Below are positions 40,476-51,486 of a stretch of 64,000 bases of DNA, in pieces. The notes under the pieces were generated by a model that was not told the DNA's origin, searched no databases, and saw nothing but the letters and a program-made list of their open reading frames with translations. Position 1 is the stretch's first letter, and the number at the start of each line of letters is the position of its first letter. The DNA comes from a virus. A program made the position numbers and the translations under genes. Location of the stretch: positions 3,072 to 67,071 of the IMG/VR virus record IMGVR_UViG_3300015371_000027. One strand, written 5' to 3'.

Positions 40476-41864
40476 ATGCTAGGGACGGTCGTAGAGTTTC
40501 AAAGCTATGGAGAAACCCCTACTCCCACTATTAAAGGAACCCTAAAGCAAGTTTTGCCCACAGGACATTTTGTATTCGAGTTTGTGAACCCTGTATCTCC
40601 AAAATACAGCGTCTTACAAAACGTCCGTAATACGGATGGACGATTAGTATTAGCTAATAGTTATGGGGGATTTGAAATACCCAAACGTATGCTGGCTTAT
40701 CTAAATAAATACGCACAGACTATGAAGGAGCCGAATATATCGTTAAAAGAACCTGAAGCCGCCCCTAATATAAAGTTACCTTCCAGAAATGTTGATCGTG
40801 ACCTGGATATCTCCGAGAGGAAAAAGAAGTTCAAGATGAAGAAAAAGATTATACGAACCAGTACGCGAGATGATGAGGACTTGCCCGTACTCGATCCTAA
40901 TAAGAAAGAGTATCGTAATGCCCGAGGTTTGAAACCGAAGAATTCCCTTACCAGAAACAGAGAGGATATTAAAGAAATGTCTACCGCTACAGTTAACAAG
41001 AAGAAGAGTTCGCCGTTTGCCGAAGAGAAGAGTTCGAAGTCTATGTCTACGTCTAATGGAAAGGATGATACCATGAGCAGCAAGAGCACCGTTACTGTTA
41101 AGATGGCCGAAGGGCTTATCACTACGCTTTATGAGAGCGTTAAGGGTAAGAAGAATAAGGACAACGAGGAGAAGCAGTATATTAAGGAGATTATCGAAAG
41201 CGCAGAAGAGAAGAATAACCAGTTTAATATCGAACTAACTAAGAAGAAAGCGCGCGCTCTTCTTGCTTACTTTGATTCCGGCGTGCTCGATGATCTTAAC
41301 AATAAGTCGATGCGTGGAGTCGTAAGGATTAGCCAGGAACTCAATAAGGAGTTTGATCTTAAGATTCCGAAGGTAGCAAAGGCTCGTATGGAAGAGACTG
41401 GAATTAGTTCTTCTTCTGCCCCTACTCCTAAGGCAAAGAAGGATAAGGACGAAGATAAGCCGAAGGCAAAGAAGAGTCGTTTTGCTTATGGCGAAGATGA
41501 CGATGATGAGGAAGAGGAGACTCCTACTCCGAAGGTAAAGAAGGGTAAGATTAAGACGAAGGAAGTAAGTAAGTCAGAAGCTAAGACGCTTCTGGAGAGA
41601 GGAAAGATTAATCGTCCCAAGAAGGCAGCAGAAGAAGACGTTCCTGTAAAGCGCGGACCCGGACGCCCGAAGGGTTCTAAGAATAAGCCGAAGGACGAGG
41701 AAGAGGATGTAGTAGTAACCTTTACTCGAAATGGTAAGAGTAAGAAGGATGACGAAGATACTACTGTAAAGAATATTGCTAGTAAACTAAAGAAGGCTGG
41801 AGAAGAGGTTCGCGCAGGAAAGAAACTGTCCGGTCTCAGCAAGAAGCTTGCCTCTCGCCGTTAA
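40476..41864 (+). CDS. Lys-rich DNA-binding protein with AT-hook
   Basis: KRGPGRPKGSKNKPK AT-hook; very K-rich with acidic patches. Confidence 0.65.
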   Translation: MLGTVVEFQSYGETPTPTIKGTLKQVLPTGHFVFEFVNPVSPKYSVLQNVRNTDGRLVLANSYGGFEIPKRMLAYLNKYAQTMKEPNISLKEPEAAPNIKLPSRNVDRDLDISERKKKFKMKKKIIRTSTRDDEDLPVLDPNKKEYRNARGLKPKNSLTRNREDIKEMSTATVNKKKSSPFAEEKSSKSMSTSNGKDDTMSSKSTVTVKMAEGLITTLYESVKGKKNKDNEEKQYIKEIIESAEEKNNQFNIELTKKKARALLAYFDSGVLDDLNNKSMRGVVRISQELNKEFDLKIPKVAKARMEETGISSSSAPTPKAKKDKDEDKPKAKKSRFAYGEDDDDEEEETPTPKVKKGKIKTKEVSKSEAKTLLERGKINRPKKAAEEDVPVKRGPGRPKGSKNKPKDEEEDVVVTFTRNGKSKKDDEDTTVKNIASKLKKAGEEVRAGKKLSGLSKKLASRR

Positions 41865-41889
41865 CTAATAACTAAATACTAGCCCTATC

Positions 41890-41928
41890 AGGGGAGAGAT
41901 GCTGTTTATCTCTCCCCTATTTCTATTT
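41890..41928 (+). terminator. Intrinsic terminator
   Basis: AGGGGAGAGAT-loop-ATCTCTCCCCT followed by ATTTCTATTT. Confidence 0.7.
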
Positions 41929-41959
41929 AAGCCGAACATATCTCTGAAAGGAAAGATGT

Positions 41960-42677
41960 ATGATCCGTATTCAGACGCAGTTCACCATTCCTAAAACGGG
42001 TAGTAGTATTTGGGTGACATATTTAGGGTTAATCTATGAAGACCCTAATATGCATAGGGTAGTAGTAAAGAATGGAGATGACTTTTACTATGCTGATATC
42101 TACGAAACCGATCCTAAACTTCCGGGTTCCGATTACACTATTTCGCAAGAATATCTAGAGACAGCAGAGAAACTCTGGAATATACTTAATAACGAAGATG
42201 AAGAAAGATAAGGTTAGAGTAAAATGGATCGAAGTTAGTAGGAAAAGCATAAAGCCCGGATTAAGAATGGTTTGTCAGTTTCCTTCTCTGTCGAAGGATT
42301 CATATCTCGGTACGGTAGAAACTGTGGATTGGGCTTATAAGAAAGGAGATATAGATGATAATGGGCACGTTCTACTAAATATATTAGTAGAAATGCCGAA
42401 GAGTAATATACTCTATGGATATTCATGTATGAGAGGCGAAACTATTCCTGCCCTGATAAATAAAAAGGGTAAAGTAGTAATAAAGGAGCTACCATATATG
42501 AAACCTGTCTCCCTCAAACCTAGAGGAGCATATACATTACCTTCCAGAGATAAGGAAGAGGAAGAGGTAAAAACCTCCTTTAAGTTAAAGAAAAAGAAGA
42601 AAATAAATAAGGAAGAGAAAGTAAAGAAATCAACAAACACGCTCCGTTTGAAGCCTAAGAAGGGAAGTGGGCAGTAG
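41960..42677 (+). other. Two hypothetical genes (41960-42211, 42198-42677)
   Basis: Coupled ORFs with RBS. Confidence 0.6.
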
Positions 42678-42710
42678 AAGGCGAATGTAGTATAATAGGA
42701 GAAGAGAGCT

Positions 42711-43595
42711 ATGATGAAGGTGAAGAAGATTAAGGCTCCGAAGGAAACCGTTTCTGTTACTAATAAGTCTGTGGATAAGATTAAAGTAGATAAGCCAGTA
42801 GATAATAATCCCTATAAGCTTATCGAGCGCCAGTTTAGGAATAAGGAACTAATTAAGGAAGTAATTATCGCAGAAGGAAAAGATGAAGAGGAATTGGAAG
42901 GAGAATGGTATTATATAGTTAATAAGAGAAAGTCGCAGAACTTCTTTATGAAAGATGTCACTCCCCTGGAGAACGAGGTTCGTAGGGTAGAGGGATGGGA
43001 TGACTTTAAGCATGATACGGAGATTAGTATTATCCGTATTACTCCAGAAATGGATAAGACTGACAAGTATTTCAAGTCCTTAGGAAAAGGTCCGTTTGGG
43101 AATGGTAGAACTGTTTCGCCTAGTCCTTTTCCGCCGGACCCTGTATTTGCCTCTAATGTATCGACAGAGAAGACGCCTCCGCCCTGTAAGGTTAAGGACG
43201 GATTCTATACCTGCGTATTTAAGGATGGAGATTATCGCACGTTAAAAGTAGAGACGAAACCTCTCGATGCCATTACTCTTCCAGGTAAGACTATTATCTC
43301 TTATCTACATGGTCCCGATAACAGTAGGGATTATAGTGGCTTCGGATTTATTAATCACGATAAGGAAGGGGACGAGGTATTCTATCTCTGGAAGAAACAT
43401 AAGAAGGAAGATGGGTCACCTAGCGAAAGCGCAAAGTCTCTAGTTAGGGCAGTGGAGATTCTTCTGAAGAAGCCTGAAAAAGCAGGGCTGGAGTATGCTA
43501 CTCGCAGCGGTAATTGTTATCGTTGTGGACGACAGTTAACCGTTCCTGCTTCTATTAACGCAGGGCTCGGTCCCGACTGTGCTAAGAAAGTCTAG
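42711..43595 (+). CDS. DUF6011-like Zn-ribbon protein
   Basis: C-terminal CYRCGRQLTVPASINAGLGPDCAKK signature. Confidence 0.75.
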   Translation: MMKVKKIKAPKETVSVTNKSVDKIKVDKPVDNNPYKLIERQFRNKELIKEVIIAEGKDEEELEGEWYYIVNKRKSQNFFMKDVTPLENEVRRVEGWDDFKHDTEISIIRITPEMDKTDKYFKSLGKGPFGNGRTVSPSPFPPDPVFASNVSTEKTPPPCKVKDGFYTCVFKDGDYRTLKVETKPLDAITLPGKTIISYLHGPDNSRDYSGFGFINHDKEGDEVFYLWKKHKKEDGSPSESAKSLVRAVEILLKKPEKAGLEYATRSGNCYRCGRQLTVPASINAGLGPDCAKKV

Positions 43596-43727
43596 AAACT
43601 ACAATGATAGGGATTCTTATAGCGACATTGGTAGTTTCGATACTTAACTTGATGATTCTCTGCGGAGTTTTTATCTATACGTTTTATCTGATAAAGATAT
43701 TCGCAGACTCAGGTATACCTAATCCTG

Positions 43728-46700
43728 ATGAGGACTGCCGCTAGAATAACTACTGTCGCCTTAGGTTTGTATTGCGTTTTCCATAACGGGTGGTCACTAT
43801 TACTGTTCCTGTTATCCATTCTCATATGGATTCCAGTGGTAGTAGTGACTGCCTGGAAACGCGGAGCAAGCGTTAAAGGTGTTAGCCAGAAGGGAATTCC
43901 CCTCTTCTGGTATTGGTGGTGAGAAAAGGGGAGTATAAAAATGCCGCTCATAGAAGGTAAGTATATATCCTTTACCGCCATAGAGAAGGATGTATACGAA
44001 GTTCTGGAAGTAAATCCTAATCATAGACGAGAAAAGCTTATAGGTATTATTTCCAGAAATGAACAGGGATGGGTGATAAATAATGACGCGTTAGATACCG
44101 ATCTACGGTATTCTTCCAGAGATAAAGCGGCGCAAGCTTTAGTTCGAACCTATCTAGGGAAGGATGTAGAAGAACCTGAAAAGGGTGGAGAGATATATAA
44201 GCCAAGGGTTGTAGAGGTACTAGGCAGGGAAGTTCAAATCGAGAAAAAGCAAGTTGGGGAAGGGCATAACTATTATATTTATCTTCTCGATGGAGCTAAA
44301 CCAGATAAACCCATCGGTTATATATTCCGATCCATTACTGGAAAATGGGCTTCTAATACATATAGAGAAGCATATGAGAAAAAGAAGCATGCATTGGAAG
44401 CTATAGTGAGAGGCTACGAAGTGCCTGTGTTTAAGGTTAAGAAGAAGGTTGAGACAAAGGAGAAAGAAGAGATGGCATCGAACTTGAAAAAGAAGTCTGC
44501 TCCCGTTGTAGAACCCGTTAAGAAGGTTAGCTCTAACGGTATTAAGCCGAGTAAGGTTAGAGTAAAGGTTCCCCATGAGTTCGAAATAAATGATGATGGA
44601 GATATTATTCTTACCATTCATCCTAATCCTCGTCCTTCTAAATCTGGAAGAACTGTCCTGATAGGTAGTATGGGAATGAAGTCTACGGGACTCTATGTAG
44701 AATATGAAGGCGAAGAGTACGAAGTAACTGGTAGCTTTAACTTCTGGATCAAACCCGAATGAGTAAGAAAACAGATACCTCTGGAGATGAAGCTTGTCAT
44801 ATCTCTGCTCTGCGAGAGTATCTAACAGTAGAATACGATATAGAAGCAAACGAAGTAGGACGCCTACTTATTAAGTATGAGCATCGCATTAATGTAGCCT
44901 CTCGTTTCGGAGATAAAACGCGCGATGTAGCGAAGGATATAATGAGAGCAGAGGGTAAGTAGATATGCCTATGCAGCAATTTAACGTTCTGCCTAGATGG
45001 TTAGATGGTATCCCACCTAAAAGTGCGTACAAGTTATGGGAGGTAGATTTGGATTGCGGAAAAGTGATATATTCTATGCGCCTTAAGGCATTTGATAGAA
45101 TAGATGCTCAAATAAAAGCGCAAGATTACATGCAAAAGATGAATGAAGCAGGTAAGAAAGGTTTATCCTTAAATGCACCTCCAGGTGTTCCATTGAAGGA
45201 TGGAGAGTTCTATGGTCATAGTATTAAGTTTAGGCAGCATTTAGTGATAACTCTAGACATACGGCCAGTGAGATAGAGGTAGATATGGATCGAACATGGG
45301 TGGAAAAGTTACTGTATCCATACGGGAAGATATTTCCTGATAGGCGAGTGGTTCTTTATCACCCAGAACTAGTAGACCCAAAAACCGGAGAGTTAGGTGC
45401 TCTCCATATGAAAAAGCAAGGAAATTTATGGTACGTCTCTCATGTGACCTATCCACGCGGGATTGTAGAGGAAGGAATTAAAGCACTTTCTTCCAGAAAT
45501 TTAATGCTACGAGATCACAAAGATTACGAACCCGTTATAGTTAGAAAGGGTGGAACTGTAGATGAAAGAGATGAAGATTAATAAAGTAAAGGCTTATGAA
45601 ATGATTACAACGGAAACTGGACGTAAGCTTCTTGACCAGGGTTTTGCTGTTCTGGTAGACGGTGGTTTCTCCACTGTTAAGAAGATTAAAGAAGGCGCGA
45701 TTACCCGCTACTTGTGGAAATTTTAATGCCTAAGAAATTCGGAGAGTTTTCCGTACTAGATAAAAACAAACCTACTAAGACTTACGCTCCAGAAGTTCCT
45801 AGCCCTATAGATAAAAAGGCAAAACCTCTAAAAGATTTTGAACTGACAGGAGAGTTTAGATGCCCTTTAGAGGGAGAATGGATAGTAGGTATGACAGGCT
45901 ATCCTAGACGAGTAGGTTTAGATTATGGCACTATGAAGTTTCACATCCTGCGTCGAAAGATTCAGGTTGTGGAAAACGAAAATGAAAGTCAAAAGAAAAC
46001 CTCAAAGGGTAAAAATAATACCCGTAAGGATTGAAGAGACTTCCATTTTCGGCCTCGTCTGTACTCGTTGCAATACGTTAGTCCTTTGCCCCTTTAATAA
46101 TACTCCCTTCTGGGATCATTCGCATGTTCTGATAAGAAAGAATGTAGATTGTCAGAACTGCGGATTACTTATTAAAGTGGGCAAAGGCTATCGTATTATT
46201 TCTGAAGGAGAAGAAGAATATGGATGATGTAAAGGAAATGACTCGACTAGTTAAGGAAAAGGAAGTTGCTGTGCTAGAGCACCTCGATGCTGCGGATAAA
46301 GTCGTAGCACGTATGCTTAAGCTTTACGATAGGGGCGAAAGGCCCGGCGTAGAAATGGCTTCCGATCTTGAAGGTCATCTTTCCAGTTTGCGAGGAGCTG
46401 TTACTTCGCAAAAGGCAGCCAATTTTGGTAATGCCTCAGTAACCGAACAGGAGGCTAAACAAGCAGCAGCAAAACCAAAATGAGAACTTTACTGTTAGGC
46501 GTGTTAGGTGCTCTATGCGTATGTGCGACACTTACTATCCTGATTGAACTCAGGAAGATACAGGAACAATTGAAAGCTATGGCCGACCAGACTCAAGAAC
46601 TTCAGGACGCAATTAACGAGTTGGTTACTTCTGTTCAGAATGAGAAGCAGGAAGTACAGGCTTCCATTTCAGAATTGAACCAGAAGATCAGTGACCTTCA

Positions 46701-46836
46701 GGCTGCGATTGATCAGGGACAGAATCTTGCGCCCTTTATTCAGGAAGTTAAGGACGCAAGCAACGAGGTTAAGGGTATTGTTGATCGCCCCGTTCCTGTT
46801 CCTGTAGAACTGAAAAGGGCAAGTCGGAAGTCCTAA
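43728..46836 (+). other. Hypothetical genes (43728-43922 membrane, 43941-44762, 44759-44962, 44965-45276, 45285-45581, 45714-46034, 45967-46227, 46220-46483, 46480-46836 membrane-anchored coiled coil)
   Basis: Contiguous plus-strand ORFs. Confidence 0.6.
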
Positions 46837-46869
46837 CTTAATAGAGGCTAAGTCGTAAGGGAGAGGCTA

Positions 46870-48333
46870 GTGTCTGTACGAACTGGCCTCTTTCTTTATT
46901 TATTTCCAGAGATGAAAATCCCAAAGAAGCAGTTACCACCGCTTAGAGAACTAATGCCCCACCAGCAAGAAGCATTTGATAAATACTTCAGGATGTATAA
47001 ACATCCTGCCCTATTTATGAGAATGCGTCTTGGCAAAACACTTCTGGCTATTCGATGGGTTAAGTCGCTTCGCCTAATAAAGAATGTTCTGGTTGCCTGT
47101 CCGGGTCCCGTGATTAGGGAATGGGAGAAGGAGCTAAAGTTAGAGAGAGAAGAATATATTCGCTTCTGGTCTCTTCCAACCGCGAAAAAGATACCAATTC
47201 TGGAAGAAAATTGGGATGATCCTAATCGAAAATGGTTTCTATCTAATTACGAAACTATACGGGTTTCGCCAGGATTAGTCAATCTTAATTGGGATGTAGT
47301 GATAGCTGACGAGGGGAAGATCATAGCTAACACTAAATCCTTTATAGGACAGCTTTTTGTTTTAGGGTTTAGAGAAACCAGGCATAGATGCCTATTAAAT
47401 GGAATGCCATTTTCCGAACATGAGCTAGAGCTATTTAACCAGATGAAGTTTCTCGACGGACATTTTTTGGGCCATGAAAATTTCTGGAAGTATAGACATG
47501 CTTTCTTTCAGAAATACGATAACTGGAATTGGTCGCCAAAGCCAGGAACGAGAGAGAAGCTTAAAGTAGAAATACATAAAAGAGCATTTGTAAAGACCCG
47601 TAGAGACGCAGGGATGAAAGAAAGCTGGACTCATCAGGTTCGGCGTATAGAAATGTCAGATAGCCTGCGTCGGATATATAAGGATATAGAATACGATTTT
47701 GCATTTCAGATAGAAGTAGGTAAAGAACAGCTTTCCTTCGAAACGAAGTATGCTCCTGTTCAGTATATATGGCTACTTCGTTTGTGCGGAGGGTTCAGTC
47801 CTACCGCAGATATTATCCTTTCTCGACAGAAGATAAACGAATTAATAGCACTTCTGGAAGGAGAGCTATGCGATGAAAAAGTAGTCATATGGTTTCACTT
47901 TAAGAAAGAACTGGAAGAGATATCTAACACACTAACAAAGCGTAAGATAGAACATGTGAACGTGTATGGAGATGTTAAGAGTAAAGCCGAGAGAGATAGA
48001 AGGTTGGATGTATGGAATAAAGATAAGAATGTGAAGTTCTTATTAGCTACAGAAAGTATCATCAAATATGGAGTAGACTGTTCTGTAGCTGATACAGAGA
48101 TTTACTATTCCAATGATCCATCATATGCTATCAGAGCACAGAGTAAAGAGAGAATCTACCATCCGAAGAAGAAAACTAATCTCTTATGTATTGACCTGGT
48201 TATGGCTGATACAGTAGATGAAGATATGGTAGACCTTCTTAATGAAAAAGGTATGAGTGAAAAGATGTTCATGATGAGGATGGCAGATAGGTTTGAACAG
48301 AGGAGATATAAAGGTGTCAGTACGAGAGGTTAG
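46870..48333 (+). CDS. SNF2-family helicase/ATPase
   Basis: LMPHQ, MRMRLGKT, LVACP, SNYE, WDVVIADEG, EKVVIW, YGVD, QSKERI motifs. Confidence 0.85.
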   Translation: MSVRTGLFLYLFPEMKIPKKQLPPLRELMPHQQEAFDKYFRMYKHPALFMRMRLGKTLLAIRWVKSLRLIKNVLVACPGPVIREWEKELKLEREEYIRFWSLPTAKKIPILEENWDDPNRKWFLSNYETIRVSPGLVNLNWDVVIADEGKIIANTKSFIGQLFVLGFRETRHRCLLNGMPFSEHELELFNQMKFLDGHFLGHENFWKYRHAFFQKYDNWNWSPKPGTREKLKVEIHKRAFVKTRRDAGMKESWTHQVRRIEMSDSLRRIYKDIEYDFAFQIEVGKEQLSFETKYAPVQYIWLLRLCGGFSPTADIILSRQKINELIALLEGELCDEKVVIWFHFKKELEEISNTLTKRKIEHVNVYGDVKSKAERDRRLDVWNKDKNVKFLLATESIIKYGVDCSVADTEIYYSNDPSYAIRAQSKERIYHPKKKTNLLCIDLVMADTVDEDMVDLLNEKGMSEKMFMMRMADRFEQRRYKGVSTRG

Positions 48334-48769
48334 TAAGGACACAGATTATTGGTCTCATACAGAAGTTGATATTAGAGTTAATGCTGTTAACTGTATGGGA
48401 GTAATGGGAAAAGGTATTGCTCTAGAATTCAAGAAGCGATATCCTGGCATGTATTACGATTACTTAACTAGATGTAGTAAGAGAGAGATAGAGCCCGGCG
48501 GTATTCTTGCCTATAGAAAGGAAGATGTACACATACTTAATGCTGTTACTAAGTATAAATGGCAGGAGCCATCTAAGTATTTATGGATCGCATTAATAGC
48601 TTGCGGGCTTAAACATTATCTATCTATTCATCCAGATAAAAAAGTAGCTCTACCAGCATTAGGATGTGGTAATGGTGGACTTAAGTATGAGGTAGTAAAG
48701 GAGATAATAATAGACGAACTCAACGATAGTTGTGCAGATATTCTACTATTTCCTCCTTGGAGCAAATGA
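48293..48769 (+). CDS. Macrodomain (DarG/Poa1p-like ADP-ribose hydrolase)
   Basis: VNAVNCMGVMGKGIALEFKKRYP and ALPALGCGNGGL signatures. Confidence 0.9.
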   Translation: MNRGDIKVSVREVSKDTDYWSHTEVDIRVNAVNCMGVMGKGIALEFKKRYPGMYYDYLTRCSKREIEPGGILAYRKEDVHILNAVTKYKWQEPSKYLWIALIACGLKHYLSIHPDKKVALPALGCGNGGLKYEVVKEIIIDELNDSCADILLFPPWSK

Positions 48770-48980
48770 ATAAGATGTTAAATAAGACGACGAAACTATC
48801 GTTGATGGAAGAGATGATTATAAATGATCTTAGCGAAGGCAAGCATAAAGAAACTATCTCTAGTATAAGAAAAGGTATGCCGGAACATATCTCTGATAAC
48901 CTATCGGATGTAGAAATAGTAATGGTTATGGTTCTTTTTGTAAAAGATCTTAAAGAGAGAGCGCAAAATAGAACATCGTT

Positions 48981-49331
48981 ATGAAAAAGCTTGCCTTTAC
49001 AGGACATAGAAATAAGTTAGCTAACCCAGACGATCTACGAATAGCTACCTATAAGTATAGAGGTTATGAATGGGTACACGGAGGTGCAAAAGGATTTGAT
49101 ACACAAGTAGATAATCTCGCTAAAGAACTCGGCGTAAAAGTTACAGTTATCCGACCGGACTATGAAAATAACCCGCCTAAAATAGCACCTCTACTTCGTA
49201 ATCACGATATAGTAAAAGGAGCTAAACTATTAATTGCTCTTTACGATGGACGAAAAGGAGGCGGTACGTTATACGCAATTAACTTTGCTAAAAAATCAGG
49301 CGTTCCTGTCCATATTATAATTCCCGAGTAA
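48981..49331 (+). CDS. YspA/DUF2493 SLOG-family protein
   Basis: FTGHR...VHGGAKGFD...APLLRN...YDGRKGGGTLYAI. Confidence 0.82.
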   Translation: MKKLAFTGHRNKLANPDDLRIATYKYRGYEWVHGGAKGFDTQVDNLAKELGVKVTVIRPDYENNPPKIAPLLRNHDIVKGAKLLIALYDGRKGGGTLYAINFAKKSGVPVHIIIPE

Positions 49332-49335
49332 CTAG

Positions 49336-50694
49336 ATGATACAGGAATACTGTAAAGGTCCTTTACTTCTCTACCAGGGAGATTTTAACGAACTACAAGA
49401 AGGAGTAGAGAGTTCTGTAGTAGACGCCTGCGTATGCGATCCTCCCTATGTCCTTACCTCTAACGCTAGATATAAGCCTGGACAACAACCTACTAAAACT
49501 ACAGCAGGACAATATAAACGTTTAGCTAAAGGTTTTATGGGAGAATCCTGGGATGGATCGGATGTAGCCTTTAAGAAAGAAACCTGGGAAAATGTATGGC
49601 GGCTTATTAAGCCCGGTGGTTATCTACTTGCTTTCGGCGGGCGTCGCACATTTCATCGTATGGTTGTCGCAATCGAAGATGCAGGATTTAAGATCAACGA
49701 TTTTATAGTCTGGGGGTTTTACTCAGGATTTCCTAAGTCGCATAACTTCCCTCTTGATATAGATAAATTAGAAGGAGTAGAGTCGGAAGAAAACGAGAGG
49801 CGGGTATATAACAACTCTGGAATGAAGTTTGCTCTAGCAGATAACGGTGGATATAATGATCCAAAAAAAGTAGGAACGTTAGTTAAGTTAAAGCAAGCTA
49901 CTTCTTCCAGAGCTAAGGAGTGGGCAGGGTGGGGGACCGATCTCAAACCCTGCTTCGAGCCGATATGTGTAGCCCAAAAACCTCTGGAAGAAAAGACGTA
50001 TGCGAAGAATGTCCTTCGCTTCGGAACAGGAGGAATGAATATAAATGGAACGAGAATCTTCCGAGAAGGTAAGGAGGCTGGTTGGCGATCTAGCGGTGCA
50101 GATGGTAGAAAAGGATTCCATAGAAAAGGATTTGTTATCAGAGAGAGAAGTAGAGATGATATTGCGACCAGAACTTCTGTGGGAAGCTATTGGCCGGGAA
50201 ACTTTATCCTCGGAACCCCTGCCGAAATTCTGGAAGAACAGTTAAAGATAAAAGATTACCTTCTCTGTCTAGAGTATCCTACTCCCTTTATATACTGTCC
50301 GAAGACGACACCTAAGCAAAGGGATATAGGATTATCTTCCAGAGATAGTGTAGAGGTTTATCGGGCAGGACACGGTAATAAAGAAGAGGATGATGTAACA
50401 AAAAGATTTAGGACTCAAGTTAAGAACGGGCATCCGACTGTAAAACCTCTTAACTTAATGCGTTATCTTGTTAGATTAGTATGTCCTACAGGCGGAGTAA
50501 TCCTCGATCCTTTTATGGGTTCAGGAACGACAGGCTGCGCTTCTATCCAAGAAGGTATGCACTTCGTAGGTTTCGAGCTAATAGAAAGCTTTTTCGATTT
50601 ATCGAAGGAAAGAATAAACTACTATTATAAACAGCAAATCGCTGCGTACAGGTCAATAGAATGTCTAAACAAAAGGAGCGGAAAATCTTCATAA
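49336..50694 (+). CDS. DNA amino-methyltransferase (N6-A/N4-C, beta class)
   Basis: DPPY near N-terminus; HPTVKP and LDPFMGSGTT near C-terminus. Confidence 0.93.
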   Translation: MIQEYCKGPLLLYQGDFNELQEGVESSVVDACVCDPPYVLTSNARYKPGQQPTKTTAGQYKRLAKGFMGESWDGSDVAFKKETWENVWRLIKPGGYLLAFGGRRTFHRMVVAIEDAGFKINDFIVWGFYSGFPKSHNFPLDIDKLEGVESEENERRVYNNSGMKFALADNGGYNDPKKVGTLVKLKQATSSRAKEWAGWGTDLKPCFEPICVAQKPLEEKTYAKNVLRFGTGGMNINGTRIFREGKEAGWRSSGADGRKGFHRKGFVIRERSRDDIATRTSVGSYWPGNFILGTPAEILEEQLKIKDYLLCLEYPTPFIYCPKTTPKQRDIGLSSRDSVEVYRAGHGNKEEDDVTKRFRTQVKNGHPTVKPLNLMRYLVRLVCPTGGVILDPFMGSGTTGCASIQEGMHFVGFELIESFFDLSKERINYYYKQQIAAYRSIECLNKRSGKSS

Positions 50695-51155
50695 TTCCAA
50701 AGAAGAAATATGTAAAGCCTGCTAAAAAGAGAAACTATCCGATACTGTCAGGTTTCTGTAAGGTGTTTAGTTGGTACAGACCGGACTGGAATCCGCATAC
50801 TCTAGGAATTAGAACACCTATAGAGATATGGGAATGGGGCTGCTTTAGGGGTGGTAAGTACAGAGGTGTTCCTTTCGATAAAGTTCCTACGTGGTATTTC
50901 ATATGGTTTCTTAATACTCAAGCCCCTCGAAGCAACGGGCTATGGTTCAAAGTAGAGCATGAATACTGGAAAAGGACAGATAGAGAAGACCCAGACGTTC
51001 TTAAAAAAGCATCTGTCGGTCGATCCAGGGAGCGCAGGCAGCGGCGTCGCATTGTGGGACTCAGAGAAATACCACGAGATGCAAATGCCAAGAGATTTAT
51101 TTTCCCTCTTGAGCCGCCAAAAAACATGGGAGAACCGCGTACAGGATATATCTGA
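50661..51155 (+). CDS. DUF3820-like protein
   Basis: FRGGKYRGVPFDKVPTWYFIW resembles the (F)GKYKG...P..YL.W motif. Confidence 0.5.
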   Translation: MSKQKERKIFIIPKKKYVKPAKKRNYPILSGFCKVFSWYRPDWNPHTLGIRTPIEIWEWGCFRGGKYRGVPFDKVPTWYFIWFLNTQAPRSNGLWFKVEHEYWKRTDREDPDVLKKASVGRSRERRQRRRIVGLREIPRDANAKRFIFPLEPPKNMGEPRTGYI

Positions 51156-51486
51156 ACAACTAATAGTTAAAATTAGACCATATGAAATATTAACTGCTAG
51201 TATAGAGTTTCCAGAGTTTATGGAAGGAGTGAGAGGCTACGCAGCAGCCAGGGAAGAGAGCGTCACTAAACTAGCCTTTATGGTAGGTGTAATATCTGAG
51301 AAGCTATGGCGCTTAGGTACAGAGGTGAAGCTTATTCGTCCGCATGAATGGAAAGGACAGTTAACCAAACACGCAGTAGAAGCTAGAATCATACGTCGTC
51401 TTCCAGAGATTAAGGAAAAAATGAATCCGCGTTCCCATCAATGGGACGCTATAGGAATAGGGCTTTATGCAAAAGGACATTTTTGA
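50959..51486 (+). CDS. RuvC-like Holliday junction resolvase
   Basis: SVDPG..GSGVALW, SIEFP, P.EWKG, HQWDAIGIG catalytic pattern. Confidence 0.82.
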   Translation: MNTGKGQIEKTQTFLKKHLSVDPGSAGSGVALWDSEKYHEMQMPRDLFSLLSRQKTWENRVQDISEQLIVKIRPYEILTASIEFPEFMEGVRGYAAAREESVTKLAFMVGVISEKLWRLGTEVKLIRPHEWKGQLTKHAVEARIIRRLPEIKEKMNPRSHQWDAIGIGLYAKGHF

